Notes under the pieces: model-generated | Seen by the model: only the letters and a program-made list of their open reading frames with translations | What the model was told of the DNA's origin: nothing | Databases searched by the model: none | Shown here: in pieces, positions 1-11,875 of the stretch | How the letters are laid out: every line of letters begins with the position of its first letter | How positions within the stretch are numbered: the stretch's first letter is position 1 | Program-made: the position numbers and the translations under genes | Assembly (NCBI RefSeq): GCF_021028975.2 | Contig: NC_059440.1 | Span: 22,506,001-22,570,000 of the forward strand | Source of the DNA: Sphaerodactylus townsendi | Lineage: Eukaryota | Direction of reading: 5' to 3' | Length of the DNA: 64,000 nucleotides

Positions 1-237
1 TCCAACTCTACTCCTTCTTAACTGACGTCCATTCCCAGAACTCAACAACAATAACCCAAAAGGCATACTTCCTTAAACTCTTGCAGTGCACAGCTGGAGG
101 GAGCACATGCTGTCAGTATACACAGGTAAGGAGGTGGCCCATTAGGCCTTGCCAACACTCCACTGGATGCGCCTGCAAACCCCCAAAAGGCATCCCAGAA
201 ATTGTTGTGATGTGCAGGGCTGGCAGCAATAGCCCTA

Positions 238-378
238 GGCCTCTTTCTCATATGCAGAATAATGCACTTTCAATCGACTTTCACAATTGTTTGCAAGTAC
301 ATTTTGCTATTCTGCACAACTTCAGAGTGCATTGGAAGTGGATTGAAAGTGCATTATTCTGCATGTGCGGAAGGGGCC
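238..378. mobile_element. Palindromic PIF/Harbinger-like MITE
   Basis: Terminal inverted repeats of type GGCCCCTTCCGCACATGCAGAATAATGCACTTTC; sister copies at 4331-4470 and 31562-31702. Confidence 0.75.
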
Positions 379-915
379 ATAGGAATGCAGAAAGCTTGAA
401 AACTGCCACCCAAGAGAAGTTACTGCATGGAATCCTACCCAGTTGTCCATTTAGGCACCTCCCAAGGCGAAGAGTTGTGTGGAGACCCTAGCATGGGGAA
501 AGGCCAGGACAAGCTGTAAACAATGTCACCTGCAGTAGAAATAGTTTTTTTTTCCAAAAGCTTCTGGGTCGATCTGCAGGTGCAAAACAGTCCAGGGTTT
601 GTCAGCCTCACAAGGCAGGTGCCTTCTCGCAAGGTGCCCTTCTTTTGTTTGCCAATGTGTGACCTTTGTGCTTTCCTTAAGTCAGTTCCCAGAACTGAAC
701 AACAGTTCTTAACTGCTTTGGGCCTACTGATCGGTTTCGATAACTTGCACTTAACAAGTTCACCCTCAAAGGAAACCGCCCTCTCCCTCCTTCCAGTCCA
801 ATGTCACATTTTACATGTTCGACCTGAAATGACAAAAATACGCTCTTGCTTTGCTGATCTCACCGGGTTTGTTTTCTTATTCTGGGCAGAGCTGACTGCT
901 TTAGATCCTTTAAAC

Positions 916-1553
916 CAGGGGTCCCCAAACTACGGCCCGGGGGCCAAATGTGGCCCCCTGAAGGCATTTATCCGGCCCGCCAGGCATGGTGGCGATGGCT
1001 CCATTCATGTGTAGTGGGGGCTCGAGGGAGAGGAGGAACCGGCCCCAACGGCTGCTGATTGCAATTACATGATGGCACCCCCAAATCTCCATGAATTTTC
1101 TGACCCAGAGTTGGAAACCTTACACGTGGCAACTCCTGTTCCGCCCTTCCCTCTCGGCTACTCCATGTGTTGCTCTCGGGCTTTCTGTTCCGCCTCACTC
1201 CCATTGGCATCAGCCAGGCTGGCGAATCGCTTGCTGGCTGCTAGGGAGGAAAGAACCCAGGAAGATACCTGATCCTGGGTTAGATGGAATGCTTCATTGG
1301 GAAAGTTCTGCTTTTTTTTTACAGGGGAAGGTATTCCACAGCCTCCCCAACAATATTTGGAGCCCACCCTGTACTTGACATACTTTGGTCACTGTTCTAA
1401 AAATAGACCATGACAGAAAGGCTGAAAGGTGAAATCAAACATTTTACAATCATTTGTGCATAGGAATTTGTTCATAGTTTTTTTTAGTCTGGCCCTCCAA
1501 CAGTCTGAGGGACAGTGAACTGGCCCCCTGTTTAAAAAGTTTGGGGACCTCTG
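916..1553. mobile_element. Non-autonomous hAT-Charlie element (OposCharlie1/MER1-like ends)
   Basis: TIRs CAGGGGTCCCCAAACT / AGTTTGGGGACCTCTG; perfect 8-bp target-site duplication (TSD) CTTTAAAC at 908-915 and 1554-1561. Confidence 0.88.
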
Positions 1554-1657
1554 CTTTAAACCCAAGTCAGAAACTAGCAGGGCAGTGTATATTTATTCTG
1601 CAAAAGTATAAGAATGTGGCATAAGCAGCAAAAGTCTACTGCTTGAGAATTTCAGCT

Positions 1658-2275
1658 GCCAGTGTGGTGTTGTGGTTAAGAGTGGCGGACTAATCTGGTG
1701 AACTGGGTTTGTTTCCCCACTCCTGCACAAGAAGCCTGCTGGGCAGTGCCAGATTTACCTATAGCTTAGCAGGCCGAAGCCTAGGGCCTCAAAATCTAGG
1801 GGTTTTCCAGCCAAGGAGTATAATATTTTGGGCACTGTCATAGGCCGTTCTTAAAACATGCTGTTGTAATGCACTGAAGTCTCTAAACCACCTTTCAGTC
1901 ATTTTCCTTGCACTCAATTTCAGAATAATACTGTCTTAAGCCGATAACTCAACATGAGCATTGATTTCTGTATTGATTTTTTCCTTCCGAGACTTCACTG
2001 AAGTGAACCCATTTTGTAACCCCATTTTGTGGACTACATCTTCCTCTAGTCATGAGGGTGAAGGATTGGGAGGGGTCTCGCTAGCAGAATAGCCTACGGT
2101 CTCTGGTCCCCTAAATCTGGCCCTGCCGCTGGGTGACCTTGGCACAGTTCTCTCAGAACTCGCTCAGCCCCACCTACTTTACAAGGTGTTCGTTGTGGAA
2201 AGAAGGAAGGAAGGAGTTTGTAAGCTGCTTTGAGACTCCTTACAGTTGAGAAAAGCGGGGTATAAATCCAAATGC
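1658..2275 (+). mobile_element. tRNA-derived squamate SINE (Squam3-like) interrupted by a hAT element at 1744-2125
   Basis: A/B-box head gtggtgttgtggttaagag...gggtttgtttcccc. Nested element has TIRs CAGTGCCAGATTTA/TAAATCTGGCCCTG and TSD CTGCTGGG/CCGCTGGG. Confidence 0.8.
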
Positions 2276-2851
2276 TTGTTTTTTTTAAAAAAAAGGAGGT
2301 CTAGTCTTCATAGCTAAGAAGTTACACTGGAAAAAGTATACAAACAGCACTTGTTGAAACGATCCCCAAGAAGACGACTTCCAACGGCTGAGGCTTCAGA
2401 GTCCTGCAGTTTTCCCTCTCCCGTGGATATCAAAAGCAGAATAAATTAAGGAAATCTTCATGAATGCACTCAGGTCACAGAATGCGGATTATCTGGATAT
2501 GGCATTCACACTTTTAAAAAAGGTTTTTTGCAGTTCAAAACTAGTTCTACAAGAGAGCCCAGGCGGGGTTTCTCATTTTAAAAAATGACTCCCTCTTATG
2601 GGTGGAAGTCCGGGGTTCTACCATTTCTTTCTGCCTAAAGCACGGAACGGTGTCAGGTGAGGAGATAAGTACTTGGGCCAACTCCCATAATTAGGTTGGA
2701 AAAAGGGGCCAATCTGGTAATCTTTTCAGGCCATCTCTATGAACACAGCAAAACTGTTTGTCTTCGTTTTTAATGGAAGAGGGAGCAAAGCACTGCCATT
2801 CATAAGAATGGAAGAAGACCCTGCTGGATCAGGCCATGGGTCCATCTCGTC

Positions 2852-2999
2852 CAGGGGTAGGGAACCTGCGGCTCTCCAGATGTTCAGGAACTACAATTCC
2901 CATCAGCCCCTACCAGCATGGCCAATTGGCCATGCTGACAGAGGCTGATGGGAATTGTAGTTCCTGAACATCTGGAGAGCCGCAGGTTCCCTACCCCTG
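2852..2999. mobile_element. Palindromic hAT MITE inserted in an older LINE-tail repeat (~2800-3090)
   Basis: Long near-perfect inverted arms CAGGGGTAGGGAACCTGCGGCTCTCCAGATGTTCAGGAACTACAATTCCCATCAGCC; degenerate 8-bp TSD ATCTCGTC/ATCAAGTC. Confidence 0.85.
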
Positions 3000-4023
3000 A
3001 TCAAGTCCAACATCCTGTCTCACACAGGGGCCAGCTGTTCCTCTGAAGGTCCAGCAACAGGGCATACAGGCCAAAGCCTTCCCCTGATGTTGCCTCCTAA
3101 CACTGAGATTCAGAGGTTGATGTTAGGTCTTGAAACCTTAAACCAATAAATGGACCAATAAAGGGGCCAATAAAAGTATTGATCAGTAGCATTTATTGAA
3201 TAGGCATCCAAGCACCACACATGACAAAGCCAGACCTGATGAAGCTGGCATTCACAGTCCCCTTTATCCCCCATAGAGAACCCCCCTCCCGTTTTCCCAA
3301 GAATTTGTGAAAAACAGTCTTTGGAGCTAAGGTACCCCAAGGTCGGCGGCAGATAGCAAGAGAAAGCCACCTGTGTTCCTGCCCTTTGAGATAACGGATG
3401 TAATACAGTTCCCATGGGACAGAGGTACCAGGGGAAGCCTAGTTGTCTACCAAGCATGTGAAGCCATAAAGTAAAAATCAAGGAAAGAATTCACAGATGG
3501 CAGTGGATACATATAGCAGGCTGGTTACATATATCTTTCTAGCAGCAGTAATTTGTTATTTTAAGCAGTTGCACGGTTCTGGGAATGTGTCTCAAATCAC
3601 CTAGGTAGCATCCCCCTGACAGTTGACTGCATCTGAATGTGGAAGTTCCATTTTGTCACCATGACTAGTAGCCACGAATTGACTTCTCTTCCATGAATCC
3701 ATCTAATCCCCTTTTGAAGTCATTTACGCTCAGTTGACACTTTCATTGAGGTATTCGCTATGATCCCAAGATCTTTTTCTCTCTCAGTCTCAGCAAATTC
3801 AGACTTTATTATCTGATCCTTGAAGTTGGGGATTTTTGTGTGCATCTCCTTACACTTACCAGCCCTGAGCTTCCACTTGTTGAATTGTTGCCCACTCACC
3901 CAATTTGGGGAGATTTTCCTGGAGCTCTTCAAAAGAAACTATTCTGATATGAACGGTTGAGCTCGTGATTGGCAGCTTGAGCTCAGGTAGGTGGAATTGA
4001 ATACCTGCCCTTTCTTCAAACAG

Positions 4024-7000
4024 GGAGACGGGACTGGAGTGGCCAGCATATACCGGGGTCCCTTTGCCGATGAGAACTTCAAGCTAAAACACTCAGCTCC
4101 TGGCTTGTTGTCTATGGTAAGTCCCAACATGAGCAGAATTGTGGCAGAACTCCCCACTCTAGTTTAATCTGGCACTCATTCAGACAGCTTTTTCTCTGAG
4201 ACAGGGTAACAAGATTGATGAGCTATTTCATGTGACTTAAAAAACAAAGGCAAGTCAGTGGTAGGTTGCTGTTCTAAACTGGACTTTTGCACTGGAAAAC
4301 CCCTTGCGTGGAGCTACCTTGTGGGATTTAGGCCCCTTCCGCACAGGCAGAATAATGCACTTTCAACGCACTTTGCAGTTGGATTTTACTGTGCAGAATA
4401 GCAAAATCCACTTGCAAACAATTGTGAAAGTGGATTGAAAATGCATTATTCTGCCTGTGCGGAAGGGTCCTAAGAGTCTGAATCCCCACTCGCCTTTGAG
4501 TCGGTGGGTGACTTGTATATACACTTCCCCATGGACTGCCTCCTGAGCTACTTGGAGGAAATTTGGGATTAAAGTATTACAAGCATATTTTCCCATGACT
4601 GAGGAAACTTTCAGTAATAAGGCCTTGAAGGACCCATAACAGTCTTAGTGCGAACACAGCTTCAGTTAACGAAAGATCGCTCGCCTCACCACAGGACGGG
4701 TTTAGAAATCATGACACGCTGAGAAGCTGGCTGATCAAAACTAGGAAGAGCGGCTTTGAGAGAGTGACAAGATGGTGGAGGATGCCGGTGGAGAAGGCAA
4801 TCCTAATCCTTAGCTTCAGTCTGGCAAGATAATTGGTTGGCCAGACCAACCTTGGCTGGGCTCATGAGCAGATACTCAGAATTTAAGCTTCTGAGTGGGG
4901 AAGGTTCTTGATTAAATATGGTGTTAGGGTGCAGATGGCGCAGTCTTCGGGCTGGTCTTGGCCTCGTTTGGGCTGACTTAAGAGAGGTTCCAGTAATCCC
5001 TTCTGACTGATAAGAGCAAGTGCGCGTGTGCGGAACTGCTGAAGGCAGAATATGTAAATGCTGCCTGAAATTACTGAATTCAGAATCCCTTTCTGTACTT
5101 TTCCTGCCTTCTGTAAGCTCCAGTTAATCAGTGTTTATTGCAGAGTTGGGGACATCTGATTTGCTGTGTTAGCAGGTGCACAAGGGCCACATTTACAAAC
5201 TCGGCATGTGTGTTTCTGTCTTTAATATGTTTCTGTCCCACCCTTCCCCCGAGGAGCCCAGGGCTTTGTGTCTGGTTCTCTCCATTATAGCTTTACAACA
5301 GAAATGCTGGGGAGAGAGTTGCTGCCCTGAGTAGGTTTGCCAATCAAATTAAACTGTGTTGAGGCTGAGAAATAACTTGTGAGAAACCCGACCAATTGAA
5401 CAGCTACCTCCTGTGGTTAATTATAGTGAAAACATTGACACTCACGACCTATATCCTTATTTAATAAAACACAATGTTGTGAACTTCACACATTTTGCTC
5501 TACATTGCATAACACTCTCAAGTATACATAATGAAATAATCACCGTTCCCAGAGACTATACAGCACATGGTAACGTTGCTGGCAACGCAAAATAAAGCTA
5601 TAAATGCAAGCAACATGAGGAATGCTAATTTTATGTACACAGCGGAAACACCGTTCCACCTTAAACAAAGTTGTAACAGCCGGGTAGATTTGCAGCCAAG
5701 CCAGCCTGTGCGGTTTTCTTTTGCTTACAATTGTGATAGCTTGGATGTGGAGCAAGGATGTGGAAGCATGTGCCCTGATTTCTTGTATTCCTTTCCTGCC
5801 AGGCAAACAGTGGTCCCAGCACCAACGGCTGCCAGTTCTTCATCACATGCTCCAAGTGTGACTGGCTGGATGGGAAGCATGTTGTGTTTGGTGAGTGAGC
5901 GTCACCTCTGCTTAGGCCGTCGATGTACAGAATGTCTTTGATGGGCCAAGGGCGAGCTTAGACTTTTTTGCCTTTGGAAGACCAGTGCCCCCCACCCCCC
6001 CGCCCCCTCACCAGACATAGCACAGCAGAGGCGTATTTAGAGAAAATGTAGCCCAGTGCAAAATATGAGTTTTCTGCCCTCCCCCACCATGATCAAACAG
6101 CATTTTGCACCAGGTCATCAGAGAAGGAAGGGGGGCATGGGAGGGGCAATTTTCTGCTCCCCATGTGACTAAATGGCTGCAGCTTGGGGACATTAGACCC
6201 CATATGTCCCCTTGGGTGGTATGCCCTTGTATCACAGCCCCCTTTTGAAAAATCTCATGGTTTCACAAGCTGCTTGTTCCAGGTGGGGGTTGTAAAGCAC
6301 AGAGCCTCTGTAAACTTCTAGAATTGGTTGTGCGGTCTCTTTAGAGAGTGGAGTTGGTCTCTAAGGCCGTTTCCGCATGCCCACACTGGGGGGTGCGTTG
6401 GCGTATACAACCCCAACACCCCCCCCCGAACGGTCCCGATAGGGGCAGGGAAGACGGCGCAGCTGCCAACCATCGCCTCGATCGTGGACGCTTCCCTGCG
6501 ACCTTCTGCCGCATTGCCCAGGCCAGGGGAAACGCCCCCCTGCCCTGCGCGATAGCTCTGGAGTTGCAGGGCGGGGCGGTGTCCCCAGGCTTGGGCAACG
6601 CGCCGGAAGGTCGCAGGGAAGGTTGATCGGGAAATGGGGGGATGGCGCCTTCCAGCTGCTGCCGTTCGCACGGCGTTTCCAGAAAACCTCGCTCAGGGAG
6701 CGAGGTTTGGAAACAGCGGCTTCGCGCCGCTGGGGGGGAGCAAGGGCAGTGCAGCTGCAATGCAGCTGCGCCCCCCATGCGAACAGCTCCCTAGGGACGC
6801 CGTTTTTGCCGTCCCTAGGGCGCTGTAAATGGCCCGTGCGGAAAGTGCCTATGCTTGCTTCAGTTGCTGTATTTCTTTAGTAGTTTTGCAAGTGTCATAA
6901 TTTGCTCCGGTGTGCTAATTTATCAAAACAGCACTGAAGGAAACTCTTCTGATGGCAGCAGAGAATAGAATTTGCAATAATGGGTTTAAATTAGGGGCAG

Positions 7001-9521
7001 AAAGGTAGTGGTTGGATACTAAGAAAAAATGGTCACAATAAGAGTAGTTCAGCAGTGGAATAGCCTACTTGGAGAGGAGATGGGTCCCCCCCTCCACTAA
7101 CAGTCTTTAAGCCACAGCTGGACAAACACTTGCTGGGGGTGCTCACACTAATCCTGCATTGAGCAAGGGGTTGGGTTAGATGGCCTGTATGGCCCCTTCC
7201 AACTCTATGATTCTAAGAAAAGTGATGTATACTGCAAAATATAATAATGGTGCTCAGGTCTGGTCCACCTCCTTTAACAAGCATGGAATTAACTTAAAAC
7301 ACCCAAACCTTTTCCCATGCCTTCTCTTTTCACTCACTGGTGCATCTGTTAACACCAGCTTGCATACACAGTTGGTGTATAGCTATTTTGATAACCTATT
7401 TCCTTTCTTAAGAATGTTTCGTTTGTGATGCCTGCTGTAAGTCAGTCAGTCTCTCTCAAGATGGGCAGAACTGTACTTTTAAAGGGTGTGGAATGTTAAC
7501 CTAGACATTTTTTAAAATTAGTTGTAAATCACACCCAAGGCCTTGGGACATAATTTATCAGATTCAAATAGGTCCTCATCAACATAACAACCCGGAAAAA
7601 CTGTTCCAAGAGTGTAATTGGGTGGCAGAGCTTGCCATGTATGTTAAACAAAATGAACTAGACTTTCAACCCTTAAATGCTGAAAGTGTTAAAATGGGGA
7701 GGTTCTTGGTTTCCGCTCGAAGGCTTGTCCTCTAGCAAATAGGTATTGGGTGAACATAACAATGAGTGAAATTGTATTCCCTGTCCCCACCCCATCAAGT
7801 AAATGTGGCTTTGTTTTACACCAACAAGTGCTTTCAAAGAATTTTTGGAGGAAACTTTACATGGCTCTACATGAGCATTTTTTAAAAATTTGATCCGATT
7901 AAGGGTCATCTTTAAAACTGAACAATATCCAAAAGGCTAACAAATGGTGATTCTCCCTATACTTTACTTGCTTCTGTTTAAACAGAGGAGAGCAGTTGCC
8001 ACCCTGTTTGTGAAATCTAGAATCATTTAAAATTCAGGGTGGATTTTGGTGGATGGAATCCAAAATCATTTACAATTCAGGGTGGATTTTGGTGGATGGA
8101 ATCCAGAGTCATTTAAAATTCAGGGTGGATTTTTGGTGGATGATCTTGACATTCACGGTACGTTGTTTCAGAAAATGTTTGGCTGCCCTCGGCCCCGTTC
8201 TTGGTGAGATTGACTGTTTAGACACTGTTTCTCCCCTCTTGTTTGTGGCCTTTTGACTTCAATGTTGTGGCAGGCAGCTTCATATAGAGAAATCCTTCTC
8301 ATTTTCTAACCTGGCAGGCAAAATAATTGACGGGCTACTCGTCATGAGAAAAATTGAAGTAAGTATTTGAGTTTGGTTGAAGACCACATCGGTATTCCAT
8401 CTGTTTGGCTTTCCCTCTTTCTTCCTTTTCCCTTTTCCTCTGCCTCCTTTTTCTCCTCAGACCCATATGACTGAGTTTGATGATAATTTATTTAATTACC
8501 CTGCCCGTAACTGGATTTTCTGTTGCCTGTACTGTTGAAAATGTTCAATTTTATTGGACTTGTATTGTCGAAGGTTTTCACGGCCAGAATCACTGGGGTG
8601 CTGTGTGGTTTCCGGGCTGTATGGCTGTGTTCTAGCAGCATTCTCTCCTGACGTTTTGCCTGCATCTGTGGCTGGCATCTTTAGAGGATCTTCCTCTGAA
8701 GATGCCAGCCACAGATGCAGGCGAAACGTCAGGAGAGAATGCTGCTAGAACACAGCCATACAGCCCGGAAACCACACAGCACCCATTTATTGGAATTTAT
8801 GGTATTTTATCATATTGATGTTGTATGATGCCCTGAGCACATCTGGGGAAGGGCGTCTCATAAATCAGATGAAATAAATAAATAAAATACTTACAAGGCA
8901 GCTTCTTGTCACGCAATTTGCAGATGAAGAGCTCTACTAGGATAAGACCCTTTAATCGAGAGTTGGAACGCCATACTTTAAAATCGGTTTGGCGTACATT
9001 ATTGATCTTTCAGACTTATAGCATAGGAGAGAAATCTAGCAACAGCATTAGTAACAAATGGGTTAAAATCAGCTAGTAAATGGATCACAAGTCTCTCATC
9101 AGCTATATGGGTTTGTCAGAGGATGAATTATAATTTCCCAAGAGCTTGCATAAAGGCAACAGCGCAAAAGTACATGGTGAACAATTTCTGTCTTTTTCAA
9201 GGAGCAAGGACAGAGTTGATCTTTATATGAGATATTGCTAAAACTTCCCTGGGGGAGAGTAGAAGGTAATGTGTTCTTTCTGGCTAATCAGAAGGCATGT
9301 GGGGAAACGAAGTTGTTAAGATAAGGAGCTACTGTTCTAAAAGATGGCAAAATGCCCAGCAAATGAGGAGGGACTTTAACTTCTGTGGTTCTATATCCAG
9401 CAGTTGTCTCTTTAAGATAAGACTGACCCGTTCTCTCTTTTTTTCCTTCCAGAATGTGCCCACTGGTCCAAACAATAAACCCAAGCTACCCGTGATGATT
9501 GCCCAGTGTGGTGAGATGTAG
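4024..9521 (+). CDS. PPIH: Peptidyl-prolyl isomerase H (cyclophilin H), last four coding exons: 4024-4116, 5803-5890, 8318-8358, 9453-9521; the 5' exons lie upstream of the window
   Basis: Spliced translation [31 protein letters not shown]|[29 protein letters not shown]|[14 protein letters not shown]|[22 protein letters not shown] matches the cyclophilin H C-terminal half. All introns are GT-AG with compatible phases, and the gene sits next to YBX1. Confidence 0.97.
4331..4470. mobile_element. PIF/Harbinger-like MITE
   Basis: Long TIRs flanked by TTA/TAA. Confidence 0.78.
6365..6849. mobile_element. GC-rich Harbinger-like non-autonomous element with internal inverted repeats
   Basis: Ends GGCCGTTTCCGCATG / CGTGCGGAAAGTGCC flanked by TAA/TAT. 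CpG-rich, so probably young. Confidence 0.7.
6940..7213 (+). mobile_element. CR1 LINE 3' fragment
   Basis: Degenerate ORF2 end plus the 3' tail ccccttccaactctatgattcta. Confidence 0.8.
8021..8142. repeat. Tandem repeat, 43-bp unit x ~2.8
   Basis: Unit AATCATTTAAAATTCAGGGTGGATTTTGGTGGATGGAATCCAA starts at 8021, 8064 and 8107. Confidence 0.92.
8546..8784. mobile_element. Penelope-like element remnant forming a 93-bp-arm inverted repeat (8596-8688 / 8692-8784)
   Basis: Arms are complementary with only two mismatches and contain a Penelope-type hammerhead motif; sister copy at ~63498-63752. Confidence 0.85.
8690..8735 (+). ncRNA. Minimal type I hammerhead ribozyme motif (Penelope-type); predicted cleavage after GUC 8730
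   Basis: Stem I UUCCU/AGGAG, core CUGAAGA (8696-8702), stem II GCC/GGC, GAAA (8723-8726), palindromic ACGU stem III, GUC triplet. Activity is untested. Confidence 0.75.
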
Positions 9522-10254
9522 GCAGTGGACCATCAGGTATGCGCTGGGCCCCTCAGCCTCCCATGTGGATGACACAGCAGCAGTCTGGTGTGAAGGTTTT
9601 TCTGCTTGTGGGAAGTGGAATGTACAAGATGGGAGGGGGGACAGGAAGTAGGTAAGATGTGGGCTTGGGTGAGAGGGTGTACTAGAATTGGGTGTGAAGG
9701 GCTTTGTGAAAGTTGTCATTCCAATGAAGAGCAGAACCAGGCACAGACTTCAGCTTCCTTAATTTTTATTTAAAAAACAAGTTTCTAGCCCCGATGGGGG
9801 CAACATCTTATCAGCAATGCCTGCCTGGTCAAGTCCGAAAGCTAGATGAGTTGTTGTAAGTTTTCCAGCAGTCAGGAGGTGGGAATTCAGGCTGCTCTGT
9901 AGTTCTTTGCCTGTTGCAGGAAAAAAATATTTTGAAAGTTATGGCAGGAAATATTACACAGCGATACATGAATTGTGCAGATTGCAGAATTCAGCTGATC
10001 TGTGGCTGGTGGGTTACCTTGGCACAAAAAAACAACAACCTTTAAAGGGAGTTGAAAAGTGAATAGACACAACCTTTATAGAGTGATGACTCACAAGGAG
10101 CCACTAGCTACACAACAGAATGAGTAGCAGGTAAACTGAAGGAACACCCAATTGTGGACTTGCTATCCAGTGTTTCATATAAAGATGATAATTCAGTCAG
10201 TTGAGGTGCAGCGGTTTAGAAAATGATGTGCTTCTGCATTAAAATATAATCCTA

Positions 10255-10395
10255 AATGAATATGAGAATTATCATTCATATTGACACACTTTGCCAAAAC
10301 CATTTTTTTTTCACCATTGAACTTGGTACTTTGATACAAAAGTATTTATGCCAAAATGTATTTTTACTTTCAAATGGATGTGGGGAGCAGGGCTA
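10255..10395. repeat. Old interspersed repeat; inverted sister copy at ~50776-50912
   Basis: Shared segment tactttgatacaa(a/g)ag(t/c)atttatgccaaaatgtatttt(t)actttcaa between the two loci. Confidence 0.65.
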
Positions 10396-10645
10396 TGTAA
10401 GAACTGGGACCCAGGCAGAACATTCTATGACAAAAAAAGGTCCGGCATGCTTTGTTGTGGCGGAGGAATATACAATCTATTAACATCTTTATGTGAAACA
10501 GAATAGAGTTTTCCTGGTTGTTGATCCTTGGGAGACCTAGGCAGGATCCAGAAATTCACAGGAATATTATACGCGGGTGGCATTGGATCTTTTCCAGGCA
10601 ACTACCATGATTTTATGTCTGATTCTCTCCTTTTCCTGCTTCCAG

Positions 10646-10790
10646 GAAAATGTCCCCCTTCAACCTGGACCAGCAGAAACTCTCAGTCACTCCTTCCTTG
10701 CTGCCTTTCATGCCTCATTCAACCCGCATTCCATTCTGGTTATTGTTTTTCCCCATTGTAAATAAAAAGGGTTGTATTTAAGCCTCTGTC
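10646..10790 (+). other. PPIH: Probable non-coding terminal exon of PPIH with polyA signal AATAAA at 10761-10766
   Basis: Donor cag|gtatg at 9536/9537 lies 15 nt after the stop codon. Pyrimidine-rich acceptor ttttcctgcttccag| ends at 10645, and the AATAAA is followed by GT-rich sequence. Confidence 0.65.
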
Positions 10791-11679
10791 ATTCTAGCAG
10801 CACACGCTTGCCACCAGCTGCAGAAGTTGTTTTAGGCCAATGCTTGGTCCCATCAGCAGAGCCAAGCCACCATGATCCCAGTGCCTGTCGTGGTGTCTGC
10901 AGAAGTCACAAGACCAGGTGGGAAAACATGTGACCCAACGGGGTGGATGGACACCAGAAACAGCTGCTGGGACAGGGGGGTGCTTTAGCTTTTGGACACT
11001 GCCTCTTTAAAAGAGGTTAGGAGAGGCACTGTGACATCAGGTAAGTCAAAAATAAAAAGGTAGTGCAGGCAAAGGAAATGTGAAATATGTACAGCTGAGA
11101 CTCCAGTGGTGCACAGTAGCAAGCTGCAGCACTTCAAATATCTGCTCATCTGAGTTTGATCCCGATGGAAGTCGGTATCAGGTAGCTGGCTCAAGGCAGA
11201 CTCGGTATCCCATCCTTCTGGTAAAATGAATACCCTGGGGGTCAAGTATAGACAACTGGAGGAGGCAGTGTTAAAATTGTTAAGTGGGGCAATGGAAGCT
11301 GGTAGTAAGTTCAAGGTGAGTTGCCAGCATGAACAGGTAGAACGACAGCCATCTGGCCACTTACATAGGTTTATTTGGAAATCTGTTCAGGAGGCTTGCT
11401 TGCAAGGAATTAAGCGTGCAAGGGACTAAGGCCAAAGACTGTAAGTGCATGCAGAAGGAACATTCATCCTTTCAGAACCCCCACCAAGAGAGCCTGCTAA
11501 TTGTCTCCTTCCAGTTTGTTGCAGCTCCCATTCACTTTGCGTTAATAACATTTGCTTTCTCTGTGGGTACAAAAAAGGGAACCTCATCCTATCAACATAC
11601 TTACAGGATTATGCAAGTGCCAAGGAGTGGGGTGGGGAGGAAATGGCCTTGACTCAGAGACATAAATGTAGAGGAAAAA

Positions 11680-11875
11680 GTCTGAGTCCAGTGGCATCTT
11701 TAAAACCAACAAACTTTTATCCTTGGTATAAGCTTTTCTGTGCATGCGTACTTCATCAGATACCACATGAAAGCTTATACCAAGAATAAAACTGTATTGG
11801 TCTTAAAGGTGCCACTGGACACAAGGATTTTTTCCCTGCAGCTTTAGACCAACACAGCTGTCCACCTGAACCTAA
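11680..11875. mobile_element. Second Penelope-like palindromic remnant, with a degenerate hammerhead-like motif on the minus strand (11725-11764)
   Basis: Inverted arms gtccagtggcatctttaa...ggtataagcttt / aaagcttatacc...ttaaaggtgccactggac. Minus strand reads GGTAT-CTGATGA-...-GAAAAGCTT-ATACC. Confidence 0.6.

Noticed and set aside
10082-10140. C/D-box-like GTGATGA...CTGA in the PPIH 3'UTR intron
   Set aside because: No convincing terminal stem or recognisable rRNA guide.
9522-10645. 3'UTR introns in PPIH (and YBX1 20632-21897) as NMD triggers
   Set aside because: The donors are only 15 and 31 nt after the stops, below the ~50-nt rule, so the arrangement is ordinary.
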